From Polyangiales bacterium (GTDB lineage Bacteria > Myxococcota_A > Polyangia > Polyangiales > Polyangiaceae): DNA of 30,706 bases. Within the stretch, counting starts at the first letter, position 1. Each line of letters begins with the position of its first letter. A program made the translations under genes and the position numbers. Below, one piece after another: positions 17,485 to 26,453 of the stretch. The notes beneath the pieces are model-generated. The model made no database searches. It was given only the letters and a program-made list of their open reading frames with translations, and was not told the DNA's origin. Location of the stretch: NCBI GenBank assembly GCA_038230375.1, contig JBBRNJ010000098.1, positions 1-30,706 on the forward strand, in the 5' to 3' direction.

Positions 17485-18651
17485 ATGGCAGCTGCCCATG
17501 CCTTCCCGACCACGGCCGAAGAACGGAGCACGGCGCTCGACGCACTGCGTGGGCTGACGCTCCTTGGCGTGCTCCTCTCGAACGAGCTCACCGAGTTTCG
17601 GATCACTCACTTCCAGCAATACGTCGCACCAGCGGCGACAGGCTCGCGCGTCGCCTCGCAGCTGTTCTCGCTCGGCGTGTCGTCTTCGGCGTTCGCCGTG
17701 TTCGCGTTCTTGTTCGGGCTCGGGCTCGCCGCGCAGGAGGAGCGTACGCGCGGGGCTGGCCATGGTTGGATGACGGCGCGGAGGCTCGTGGCGCTCCTGG
17801 GGTTGGGTGTGATGCACATGCTGCTCGTGTGGAACGGGGACATCCTCACCGAGTATGCGCTGGTGGCCATCGTGGCGACGCCGCTCCTGCGGTTGCCCAC
17901 GCGCGTCCTCGCGCTCATCGGGATTGCGTGTGTTGCGTTGCATCTCTCGCCGTTGCCGTATCCCGCCTCGTTCGAATCTGCTGCCGAGCTGCGGCATCAC
18001 GTCGCCGAGGCGAGCCGTGTCTACGCCCGCGGTACGTTCACGCAGATCCAGTGGTATCGCCTGCGGGAGGTGCCTCACGTGTTGCCGCTCCTCGTCTGGA
18101 GCGCGCCGCGAACGCTAGGCCTCTATCTGTTCGGCGCATGTGCTTGGCGGGCGCGCCTGTTCGCAAGCCGTGGCGCGTCGTCTCGTTCCTTGCTCACGAC
18201 GACCCTCGTGTGCGGCAGCGTTGGCGCGTTGGCCGTGCTCTTCGCGAGCACGTGTTCACCGTCCGGCCTCTTGCAGGTTCTTTCGAGCGGCCTCGGGCCC
18301 CTCGCGCTCGCAGCTGGCGAAGTGGGCACCGTGCTCCTTCTTTTTCGCAATCGCGCATCGGCCCCCGCGCGGGCGCTGGGCTGGCTCGCCCCGCTCGGCA
18401 GGACGGCGCTCACCGCGTACCTTGCGCAGTCCGTCGTGCTGGGGATTGTGTTCTACGGATACGGGCTGGGGGCAATGGGACGCATCAGCGTGGGTGGCGC
18501 GGTCTTCGTGGCGCTCGCGATCTACACCGCGCAGGCCGCGCTCGCCGTCCGCTGGCTGCGCTCTTTCCGCTTTGGCCCGGCTGAATGGGCATGGCGCTCG
18601 ATCACCTACGCACGCCGATTGCCGCTACGCCAGCGCCGCGACGTCTCGTAG
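17485..18651 (+). CDS. DUF418 (YeiB-like) membrane protein
   Basis: LDALRGLTLLG, FAFLFGLG, WNGDILTEYA, GRTALTAYLAQS, FRFGPAEWAWRSITY. Confidence 0.9.
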   Translation: MAAAHAFPTTAEERSTALDALRGLTLLGVLLSNELTEFRITHFQQYVAPAATGSRVASQLFSLGVSSSAFAVFAFLFGLGLAAQEERTRGAGHGWMTARRLVALLGLGVMHMLLVWNGDILTEYALVAIVATPLLRLPTRVLALIGIACVALHLSPLPYPASFESAAELRHHVAEASRVYARGTFTQIQWYRLREVPHVLPLLVWSAPRTLGLYLFGACAWRARLFASRGASSRSLLTTTLVCGSVGALAVLFASTCSPSGLLQVLSSGLGPLALAAGEVGTVLLLFRNRASAPARALGWLAPLGRTALTAYLAQSVVLGIVFYGYGLGAMGRISVGGAVFVALAIYTAQAALAVRWLRSFRFGPAEWAWRSITYARRLPLRQRRDVS

Positions 18652-21600
18652 GACTTCGCTTGCAACGCGCGGCGGCAGCGCGTCCAGGGTGGTCTTCACG
18701 AGGGAGAGGCTGTCCACGGTCTGTGCGGGGCGTGCCTTCACGGGGCCGATGGTGAGGCCCGGCGTGATCGCGAGCGCCGCGTGCGCCTGCGGGACGCCGA
18801 AGCGATCGAAGGGAAATACAAGCGTGCGCACGGTCCCGCCTTCGGGTTTCGTGCGGAGCCAGCCGCGGCCCGTGAGCAGCTCGTCCACGGCCGCCCACGA
18901 CGCGACTCTCCCGTTCCACGTCGTCAGCTTCGCGTTCTTGTCGAACGTCTCGCGCGAGAGCTGCGCGAACGGCTGGAGGATCTCGTAGTCCGCGAACAGC
19001 CTGGCCATGCGAGCCCACGGCTCTGCCTCCACGTCGAGCGGGTGCGCAAGGCACGCGCGCGCGTCCTCCGGCAGCATGAACGCCGTGTCCGTGTCGTCGG
19101 CGAGCGAGCCGTCCTCCGCGACGCGCACCAGGGTCCCGCTCACGCTCCACACGAGGCGCGCGGCGACGTATCGCAACAGCGGGTGCCGCACGACCTCGCG
19201 CAGCCATGCGTCCTTCTCCCAAATGCGCCCCTCACGCATCGCGCGCTCCAGGCGGAGCAGCTGCGTTCGCGCGACGTGCGACAGATCTTCCGACAGCGTG
19301 GCGAACCGAGCGATCGCCGCCTTCGCCTTTGCCGCGTCGTCGGTCTTCACAGCCCGCGGCGGCTTGTCTTCGCGCGCGCCTGCGATCATGACGAAGGGCG
19401 TGAGCTGCTCGTCCAGCTTCACCTCGAAGCTCCGCGCACCGTAGTCGAGTGTCAACGGGCCGTCGTCCAGCCCGAGCTCGGGCACCAGGCGATCCTCGAG
19501 CTCCTCGTAGGAGATGCCCCGCTGCCCGGCGATCTGCTCCAGGATCTGCCGCGCGCGCGTCTGCGTGTCCTCGAACTTCGCGGCAAGCCCGCGCTCGTAG
19601 AGCAGTGACAGCGCCACGTCGGTGCCTATGAGCGCGAGCACGTCGAGCGACTTCTGCATCAGCTCCACGCTCTTCTGCACCCACTTGCGCGCGGCCGTGT
19701 CCACCTTGCGCGCCACCACGTCGGAGCCCAGGTGCCCGGCGGCGAAGAGCGCCCAGTCGTTGCGCGCATTCCCACCCGCCAGGATGTAGTCGTTCACGAG
19801 CGTCCACACGAACTCGTCCAAAGACGCCTGCGTGCATGCGGCCTTGATCTCCGCCATGATCGGATGCGTCGCGTCCTTCGGCAGCACCGAGAGGACCGCG
19901 AGCAGGTTCGCCACGGCTTTCCGCGGAAGCTTTGCGCCGGTCTTCGTGAGCACGGGAGCGGGCAGCGCTCCTGCATCCGCGAACGGCGGCATCTTGCCTG
20001 GCGCGGGCAGCGTATCGTCCGGCGCCGCGCGGCGGAGGTCCACGGAGATCGCCTTCGCCGCAGCCTCCACCTCTGCGCCCTTGCCGTTCGCGATGAGCAT
20101 TGCCAGGGCGGCGCGCGCGGGCGCATGCAGCTTGGGATCCTTCCCGACCGCGGCGGGGACAAGGCCTTTAGCGGCCACGTCTGCATGCTCCAGCATCCAT
20201 GCGCGCACGCGCGGCGCCTCTCTCGCCTTGCCCAGCAGCGGAGCGATCGCGACCATCGCGTGCGGCGAGATTAAGTGGAGCAGGAGGTCGACGTTGTTCA
20301 CGGGCGAGCGCGCCGCGAGCTTTGCGATCAGAGGAATGGCCTCGGGACCTATGATGGAGAGAAGGCCCTCCAGGTACGGTCCCGTCGGTGCCGGCGTTCG
20401 GGACGCGACGAGCACGCGCAGCGTGGCCATGTCGCGGACGCCCTGGAAGTGCCATTCCTGCACCCACTGCTTGTACTCGCCGGGTCGAAGGTGCGTGGAG
20501 GGCTCGTCCGGGATCTCCACGTCCATCGCATCGAGCGATGCCTTCACACTGGCGAAGCGCGGAGACGCGAGCATGTCCGGCACGCCCGTCATGCTCTCCT
20601 CTTCCGACGTGGCGGCGCTGGCCACCGATGAAGCCTTGCGGGACACGGAGTCACGCACGACCTTCGCGGCCTCACCCAGCTTGCCGCGCTCGCCCGCGGC
20701 GCCGTCGAGCGCAGTCATGCGGTGCGGCAGACGCGCGAAGTACTCCAGCGCTATGGGCTGGATGTTCTTCACGTGAGCGCGCCGAGCGATGAAGTCGGCA
20801 ATCTCCGCATCGTCGATGCACGAGGCCACCTGCACGATCTCCTTGAAATCACCGGATGAGGCCTTGTCTTCGAGCGGCGGGAGGATCGCGAGCAGCGCGC
20901 GCTTCATGGTCAGGGGCGAAGTGTTCGCGAGGGCGCGCGCGAGCGTGAGCGCGCCACCGTACTGCGCGCGCTTGGGGTCGGCGACGATCAGCTTCTCGAG
21001 CGCGTCCGCGTCGCATGAGCGGGAGACGAGCACGCGTGTGGTCCACGTCACTTCTTCCAGTCTGGCCGCGAACACGGGGTCGTCGGCGGCGCGGCCGGCC
21101 ATTGCGTCGATCTCCGTTTGATCGTCCAGGAAGTCCGCCATGGCGACGAGCACGGAGGGGTGGAATGTCGTCGCCATGTCGTGCAGCTCGCGCTTCAGCA
21201 CGGCCTTCTGCTCGACGGTGAGATCGGGCACGAGCTCCGCCAGGTCCTTGAACGCCTGCACCTGGTTGTAGATGAGGCTGGTGCCGGGCCCGGGCGACGG
21301 GATCACGCGCTGCTCGGACCAGTTGCCCTCGAGGTCGAGGATGGGCAGGCGAAGCACCATGCGAGCGGCGCGCAGGTGGCCGAACGCGCGCACCCACTCG
21401 GCGGGAAAATCAGGCGCGTCGTTGAAGCGAGCCACGACGTCGCGTCCGGCGATCTGGACGTCCTCGTCGTACTTGTCCGAGAAGCGAGCTTCGTCCGCGA
21501 ACCACGCGCGGACCTTCACGGCGAGGTCCTTCACGGAGGGCTCGCAGCGATCGCAGGCGCCAAGGACCCGGTCGATCTGGTCCTTGATGCCGAACAGCTT

Positions 21601-22206
21601 GCCGCTCTTCGCGTACCGCGGCTGCTTGACGGTGAGCCACCGAGCGACGGCTGGAGCCATTGACAGCCGCGTCTCGCCGTTCGCCACGGGAGGCGGAGCC
21701 GCAGGCGCGGCGGCTGCTTTCACGGCCTTCGCGGCCTTCACGGGTGGCGCGGGCTTCGCGGCTTTCACAGGTGGCGCGGGCTTCGCGGCTTTCACAGGTG
21801 GCGCGGCCTTCGCTGGCGCCGCGAGATCGAGGAGCGTCACGTCGGCGTCGGTGAGCTGCCGCGGTGTCTGGAGAGACATGCCGAGCTTGCCTGGGTCTGC
21901 CTTCACGCCCTTGCCGGTGGAGAATTTGAGCTTTTTCAAGAGCGCAGTGACGTCGCGGATCGCGGTCGTGTTCTTCGGCGCGAGCCATCCTTCCGCATCC
22001 GACGCGGGCTCACGGAGGACGGCGACCAGCCACAGCGCGTCGCCTGGGCGCACGGTCACCATGAAGAGGCTGCCGCCATCACCGAGCGGAGAGAGGTTGG
22101 GGCTGGTGCTCGCGTATCGCTCGGTGCCCCACGTGTCGCCGGCCGCGAGCCCCTTGGCCTGCTTGTCGAAGATCGCCTTGGACACGACCACCATCATGCT
22201 CGTCAT
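18625..22206 (-). CDS. DUF4132 domain protein (MolR/YehI-like) with a distinct ~125-aa N-terminal domain and an Ala/Pro/Lys linker
   Basis: C-terminal EELEDRLVPELGL, LDYGARSF, RLERAM, HPLL...LVW, AHPL, DYEILQPFAQLSRE. HEAT-like helical middle region. Confidence 0.88.
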   Translation of the reverse strand: MTSMMVVVSKAIFDKQAKGLAAGDTWGTERYASTSPNLSPLGDGGSLFMVTVRPGDALWLVAVLREPASDAEGWLAPKNTTAIRDVTALLKKLKFSTGKGVKADPGKLGMSLQTPRQLTDADVTLLDLAAPAKAAPPVKAAKPAPPVKAAKPAPPVKAAKAVKAAAAPAAPPPVANGETRLSMAPAVARWLTVKQPRYAKSGKLFGIKDQIDRVLGACDRCEPSVKDLAVKVRAWFADEARFSDKYDEDVQIAGRDVVARFNDAPDFPAEWVRAFGHLRAARMVLRLPILDLEGNWSEQRVIPSPGPGTSLIYNQVQAFKDLAELVPDLTVEQKAVLKRELHDMATTFHPSVLVAMADFLDDQTEIDAMAGRAADDPVFAARLEEVTWTTRVLVSRSCDADALEKLIVADPKRAQYGGALTLARALANTSPLTMKRALLAILPPLEDKASSGDFKEIVQVASCIDDAEIADFIARRAHVKNIQPIALEYFARLPHRMTALDGAAGERGKLGEAAKVVRDSVSRKASSVASAATSEEESMTGVPDMLASPRFASVKASLDAMDVEIPDEPSTHLRPGEYKQWVQEWHFQGVRDMATLRVLVASRTPAPTGPYLEGLLSIIGPEAIPLIAKLAARSPVNNVDLLLHLISPHAMVAIAPLLGKAREAPRVRAWMLEHADVAAKGLVPAAVGKDPKLHAPARAALAMLIANGKGAEVEAAAKAISVDLRRAAPDDTLPAPGKMPPFADAGALPAPVLTKTGAKLPRKAVANLLAVLSVLPKDATHPIMAEIKAACTQASLDEFVWTLVNDYILAGGNARNDWALFAAGHLGSDVVARKVDTAARKWVQKSVELMQKSLDVLALIGTDVALSLLYERGLAAKFEDTQTRARQILEQIAGQRGISYEELEDRLVPELGLDDGPLTLDYGARSFEVKLDEQLTPFVMIAGAREDKPPRAVKTDDAAKAKAAIARFATLSEDLSHVARTQLLRLERAMREGRIWEKDAWLREVVRHPLLRYVAARLVWSVSGTLVRVAEDGSLADDTDTAFMLPEDARACLAHPLDVEAEPWARMARLFADYEILQPFAQLSRETFDKNAKLTTWNGRVASWAAVDELLTGRGWLRTKPEGGTVRTLVFPFDRFGVPQAHAALAITPGLTIGPVKARPAQTVDSLSLVKTTLDALPPRVASEVLRDVAALA
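21727..21813 (-). repeat. 3 x 27-bp tandem repeat encoding (P/A)APPVKAAK linker
   Basis: Plus-strand unit cttcgcggc(c/t)ttcac(g/a)ggtggcgcgg(g/c) starts at 21727, 21754 and 21781. Confidence 0.9.
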
Positions 22207-22254
22207 GACCGCGGATCATCGCGCAGCCGAGACCACGCGTAAAGGAGGCTTCGT

Positions 22255-22827
22255 TCAGGGGCGCGTGAGGTCGAAGGCACCGTTCGTGATGTCGACCATG
22301 GGGACGCCCGAGGTGCTGAACGTGCCAATGTAGTGCTCGCCGGATTTCGTTGCCCAGCCCGTGACGGTGACGAGGCAGTCCCCGGTGATCTTCCGCGGCC
22401 CGGTCGGGTTCGAGGTGTCGGGCGTGTTGATGAGCGTGTTGTTGTATGTGAAGTTCGTCCACTGCTTCGTGGTGATGGCATCCAGGTTGTCAGAGCACTT
22501 GAAGGTGCCCGTGCCAGTCGTGTTGTAGAGATTGATGGTCACGCTGTGCGTCTTGGACGTGGCCGCGTCGAAGTGGTCGCCCTTCAGCGTGATGTGATCC
22601 ATTCCATTGCCAGGGTTCGCGCCAACGTTCATGTCCGCGACCACCGCAGTGCCGTTCACCGTGTAGGAGAGCGCAGCGCCAGGCACGGCGGACGCTCCCG
22701 CATCCGTGCCGCCGCCCCCACCCTCCGCGGATGTGGAGCCACCATCGGTAGCAGCGGGCGTGCTGGTGGACGAAGAGCTGCAACCGACGAGAGCAAACGC
22801 GAGCACGGAGCAAAGGGCCTTCATCAT
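22255..22827 (-). CDS. Hypothetical lipoprotein (Ser/Gly linker plus beta-rich Thr/Asn domain)
   Basis: Lipobox LVG-C followed by SSSS and a DGG linker. Strong GC3 codon bias and a Cys pair. Confidence 0.8.
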   Translation of the reverse strand: MMKALCSVLAFALVGCSSSSTSTPAATDGGSTSAEGGGGGTDAGASAVPGAALSYTVNGTAVVADMNVGANPGNGMDHITLKGDHFDAATSKTHSVTINLYNTTGTGTFKCSDNLDAITTKQWTNFTYNNTLINTPDTSNPTGPRKITGDCLVTVTGWATKSGEHYIGTFSTSGVPMVDITNGAFDLTRP

Positions 22828-22995
22828 GCTTCCGTCGTATCACAAGGCAGAGCTTGCGTGCCCGAGCGCCCGATGCCGTCGCGGCGAATCGCCCAGACCG
22901 GGCGGTCGTTGGTGGGCGGTGTGCATGTTTGCGTGCGCGAAGCGGCTTGTTTGCAGCGGAGTTCAGCGCGGCCTGCTGCTTGCGTGTCGCCACGC

Positions 22996-23547
22996 GTGCG
23001 GCTCGCTCTCCTCCTCATGGTGGCGCTGCTTGCGGGATGCGGACCCAGGGGGACCGAGATCGTCGTGCGCGATCCGTTCGCGGTGTCGCTCTCGAGTCTG
23101 GAGGGATGCGAGCGCACGTCGGTCCTTCCCGCAGAGCCGGCACCCACACCTTCGCCGGATCCGGTCGAGCGCGCGATCGCTGAGGCGCACACCCTTGGTA
23201 GCTACCGCGCCGCGTACCTGGACCGCGCCGCTGTCCCCGGACAACCCAGACTGGTGGCGCGGAGGTACGGCCGCGGCGGCCTCTCTGTCAACTACACCTC
23301 TGGTCTTGGTGCTCGGCGCGCACGCACGGTGTTCTCGGGCACCGTGCTCGACGACGAAGGACTCATACACATCTACGACAGCGATCTCCCGTTCACCCGG
23401 CTCAGGATCGATCGCGAAGCCGGCGAGCTGGTGGTCACCATCCATCACCACGGCATCTCGATGCGCCGCAGCTCCACCGGCGCATTCATGGATCTGGAGC
23501 TTCGTACGCCGCTGTCGAACGTCCTCCAGATCCGGACCCTCCGTTGA
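22996..23547 (+). CDS. Hypothetical lipoprotein
   Basis: GTG start followed by RLALLLMVALLAG-C (canonical LAGC lipobox). Start uncertain (22984 or 22996). Confidence 0.6.
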   Translation: MRLALLLMVALLAGCGPRGTEIVVRDPFAVSLSSLEGCERTSVLPAEPAPTPSPDPVERAIAEAHTLGSYRAAYLDRAAVPGQPRLVARRYGRGGLSVNYTSGLGARRARTVFSGTVLDDEGLIHIYDSDLPFTRLRIDREAGELVVTIHHHGISMRRSSTGAFMDLELRTPLSNVLQIRTLR

Positions 23548-23578
23548 CGCCCGCGGAAAAACCGCGCACAACGTCGAC

Positions 23579-24064
23579 ATGACCACGGGTTGGAACTTCG
23601 AGCGACGTCGGGACACGGCTACTCGCTTCCTCATGGGGGTCGCGCAGCTCACGAAGGATACGAAGGACAAGGACACGAACCTGGAGGCGGTGCGAAACCG
23701 GATGCGTCTCTCGCCCGAGGAGGCCTTGTTCTCCGCGCGCAAGCTCGCAGACGAGCACCTCATCACGTTCCAGGAAGGCGGCGCGGTCCGCTCCAACGCC
23801 GCAGGCATCGACCGCGCGCACGCGCTTTCGGAAGGCATTCGAGCGAAGGTTCAGCGCTTCGACGAGCTTGCCCGCACGCTACGCGATGGCGGTCCGCCTC
23901 TGGCCGTGCTGGCCGCGGTGATCCGCGCGGACGGCGGCGCGCTCGCATGCGGCTCCCCCTCCGAAGAGCCCGATGTCGCGCACCGCCTCGCGCTCGAAGG
24001 CGACACGGTCATCCTTGAACGTCAGGGACCCGACGGCACCTTCGCGGCCGTTCCTGCGGTCTGA
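23579..24064 (+). CDS. Hypothetical protein with a probable N-terminal winged-helix domain
   Basis: LEAVRNRMRLSPEEALFSARKLADEHLITF...VRSNAAG matches wHTH helix-helix-wing spacing. Confidence 0.6.
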   Translation: MTTGWNFERRRDTATRFLMGVAQLTKDTKDKDTNLEAVRNRMRLSPEEALFSARKLADEHLITFQEGGAVRSNAAGIDRAHALSEGIRAKVQRFDELARTLRDGGPPLAVLAAVIRADGGALACGSPSEEPDVAHRLALEGDTVILERQGPDGTFAAVPAV

Positions 24065-24067
24065 CGG

Positions 24068-25141
24068 CTACTTCGCGCGCCGCAGTCGCAACGCCTCGAG
24101 GACCTCGTCCGATGAGGGCTGCTCGCCTGCGTGCTTCGTGAAGAGCGAGTGGAGCACTGCGATATACGCCTCTCCCACCGCCGTGGTCATCGCAGCCGCC
24201 GTCGTGGCGGCGATCGCGGCGCCTGCAACGGAGCCTGCTCCTGGCAGGAGCTTCAGCAGTCCGCTCACGATCATCCGACCCGCGAGGGTCGCCGCGGTCC
24301 CACCGACGATGGCGGTGACGAGCGTGCTGAGAAAACCGACGGAGACATCGAGTCCATACGCCGCCGAGATCCCCGCCACCATCCCGAGCTGGATCGGAAC
24401 GAGCACCGCAGCGTCCGCGAAAGGTATCGGAGCCACTGCCACCGAGATGGCCGCCGTCACCGCTCCGGCCACGACCACGTGAGACCTCTTCTTCTTGAGG
24501 GATAAATCCGCCTTCTGCGCTGCGACGAAGGCGCGCGTGTGTCCCTCCGGAATCAGATCGAGCGTCGCCTGCACGAGCTCGATGAGCCCCATGGCGGGGA
24601 GCTTGTGACCGTCGTCCAGCTCCTCCGGGATGGACCGGACCCGGAGCACGTTTCCTGCTCGAGGCAGAAGGCGCTGGACCTCGGCGCGGAAGCCCTGGTC
24701 GGCCCGTGCCTTGGTCACGACGGCGAGCACCGGCATGTACTCGGAGAGCATCTCCACCAGGCTGCTCTCCGCAGCTTCGACCCTTCGCAGATCCTCCGCC
24801 ACGCAGACCCACGCAACGTGAATGTGTTTGCGCGAGTCCGCCTCACGACGACGCGTCGCCACGAACTCCTTCAACTGGGTCAGCGTCGTGGCGAACTCCG
24901 CCATCTCCAGGCCGCGCGTATCGAAGAGGGTCAGGGGAATTCCCGGCTTCGTGATCTCGCGCGTCGACTGCGTGACGGGTCGGCCATGCCCAGTCGTGGC
25001 AATGGAGCCCTGAAAAATGCCGTTGATCAGCGTGCTCTTGCCGACACCGGTCCGGCCGGCGAGAAGGATGTTCGCATGGCCAAGCTCGCGCATCGCGTCT
25101 TCGACCGCCTTCTTGACCGCGTCATTGAAATTGAAGCCCAT
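24068..25141 (-). CDS. Era/YcjF-like P-loop GTPase with C-terminal DUF697 hydrophobic domain
   Basis: G1 GRTGVGKS, G2 PVT, G3 DTRG, G4 TKAR. C-terminal PIPFADAAVLVPIQLGMV and Gly/Ala-rich helices. Confidence 0.88.
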   Translation of the reverse strand: MGFNFNDAVKKAVEDAMRELGHANILLAGRTGVGKSTLINGIFQGSIATTGHGRPVTQSTREITKPGIPLTLFDTRGLEMAEFATTLTQLKEFVATRRREADSRKHIHVAWVCVAEDLRRVEAAESSLVEMLSEYMPVLAVVTKARADQGFRAEVQRLLPRAGNVLRVRSIPEELDDGHKLPAMGLIELVQATLDLIPEGHTRAFVAAQKADLSLKKKRSHVVVAGAVTAAISVAVAPIPFADAAVLVPIQLGMVAGISAAYGLDVSVGFLSTLVTAIVGGTAATLAGRMIVSGLLKLLPGAGSVAGAAIAATTAAAMTTAVGEAYIAVLHSLFTKHAGEQPSSDEVLEALRLRRAK

Positions 25142-25147
25142 CCGGGG

Positions 25148-25435
25148 TCACTTCTTCATTCCCGCGTCCGGCTTGTCGTTCGTGTCGATGTGAGCGTTGA
25201 TGGTGGGCCCGTTCGTTTGCGGAGCTTTGATGTCTCCTGCATTGACGGAGGGCGCACGAGCTGCGGGACCACCCACGTCCGGGCCCTTCACGTCCGATCC
25301 CTTCAATGACGGTGCATCGGCTGCGGGGGTTCCGGAGGGGCTTCCGCCATTTTTCGGTGGCGGGGCGTCGTTGCACGCAGCGACGAGCAGAAGAGCAATG
25401 AGACCAGTGAGCGCGGATGAATAGATGTTGTTCAT
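25148..25435 (-). CDS. Small Pro/Gly-rich lipoprotein
   Basis: MNNIYSSALTGLIALLLVAA-C lipobox. Ends 6 nt before the GTPase ATG. Confidence 0.65.
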   Translation of the reverse strand: MNNIYSSALTGLIALLLVAACNDAPPPKNGGSPSGTPAADAPSLKGSDVKGPDVGGPAARAPSVNAGDIKAPQTNGPTINAHIDTNDKPDAGMKK

Positions 25436-25448
25436 GGCCGGGCACGCC

Positions 25449-25464
25449 TGCACGCGTGATGCCA
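25449..25464 (-). promoter_or_regulatory. Putative sigma54 promoter for the lipoprotein-GTPase pair
   Basis: Minus strand reads TGGCATCACGCGTGCA (TGGCA...TGCA, correct spacing). Confidence 0.5.
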
Positions 25465-25571
25465 TCGTTTTCGGCACCGAACAGGGAACCTCCGTGGTCG
25501 AGGTGCGGCATTCATCCACGTGTGTGGCGGTCGTGCGCGCGAAGGATGCTCTCCGCGCGCCGGGGCACGGG

Positions 25572-25823
25572 TCAGCCGCGACCCACGATCGCGTGCTTGA
25601 TCCCGAGCACGATGATAGCCCCAACGGCAGCCACAACGATGCTCCACAGGTTGAGCCCGGTCACGCCGGACGCACCAAACATGTTGAAGACGAAGCCTCC
25701 GACGACGGCGCCGACGACTCCGAGCACGATGTCGAGGATGACGCCCTCGCCCGATTTGTTGACGACCTTGCTTGCGATGAAGCCGGCGATGAGACCAAGT
25801 ACGATCCAGGCGACGATTGACAT
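25572..25823 (-). CDS. GlsB/YeaQ/YmgE family stress-response membrane protein
   Basis: MSIVAWIVLGLIAGFIASKVV...DIVLGVVGAVVGG...SIVVAAVGAIIVL. RBS GGAG. Confidence 0.93.
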   Translation of the reverse strand: MSIVAWIVLGLIAGFIASKVVNKSGEGVILDIVLGVVGAVVGGFVFNMFGASGVTGLNLWSIVVAAVGAIIVLGIKHAIVGRG

Positions 25824-25857
25824 GAGATTCTCCAGATTCGGGTTGTGCATGTCGCTC

Positions 25858-25873
25858 AGCAAATGCCGGGCCG
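25858..25873 (-). promoter_or_regulatory. Putative sigma54 promoter for the GlsB/YeaQ gene
   Basis: Minus strand reads CGGCCCGGCATTTGCT, 34 nt upstream of the ATG. Confidence 0.55.
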
Positions 25874-26027
25874 TGCGCAAGAACCGCATTCGAGGCACAA
25901 AACAAGGCTCTCCCGGCCAGAAGCGTGTGGCTGAAATGCGCGTGAACGCGCCCTGTTTGCGTGCATCCGTGCCCCGCAACCGGCATGAGCAGCCGGCGCC
26001 GTGCTCAGGTGTTAGCCTGGGTCGCCC

Positions 26028-26435
26028 ATGGAGAAGCCCCTCGACGCTTTCAATCTGCCGGCCGCCGCCGTCCCGTCCGTCGACACCTACAAGAAGGCGA
26101 TCATGGCGTGCAAGGGCGCGCTGCGCAGCATCGGCGGTCGCTCCGTCGTCCGGGAGATGCTGACTGCCCACTACCACGCGCCGGGTCATACGCTCACGGC
26201 AGGCGAGCTCGCGACCCATCCGAAGGTCGCCCTCACGAACTACAGCGCGGTGAACAACCAGTACGGCAACTACGCCAGGGCACTGTGCGATCACCTGAGC
26301 CTCATGCCGAAGATCCATCTCGCCATCCTCGTGTCGTTCAGCGACGGAGCGCCCGGAGACGAGTCCGTGAAATGGACGATGCTCCCCCAGGTCGTCAGGG
26401 CGCTCGAGGAGCTCGGCTGGGAGAAGAAGAGCTGA
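26028..26435 (+). CDS. Hypothetical protein resembling the N-terminal domain of some HNH endonucleases
   Basis: MLTAHYHAPGHTLTAGELA...NNQYG...LC..L...WTMLPQVVRALEELGW pattern. Good codon bias; no HNH motif. Confidence 0.7.
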   Translation: MEKPLDAFNLPAAAVPSVDTYKKAIMACKGALRSIGGRSVVREMLTAHYHAPGHTLTAGELATHPKVALTNYSAVNNQYGNYARALCDHLSLMPKIHLAILVSFSDGAPGDESVKWTMLPQVVRALEELGWEKKS

Positions 26436-26453
26436 CGCCCGCGTGGATGATGA

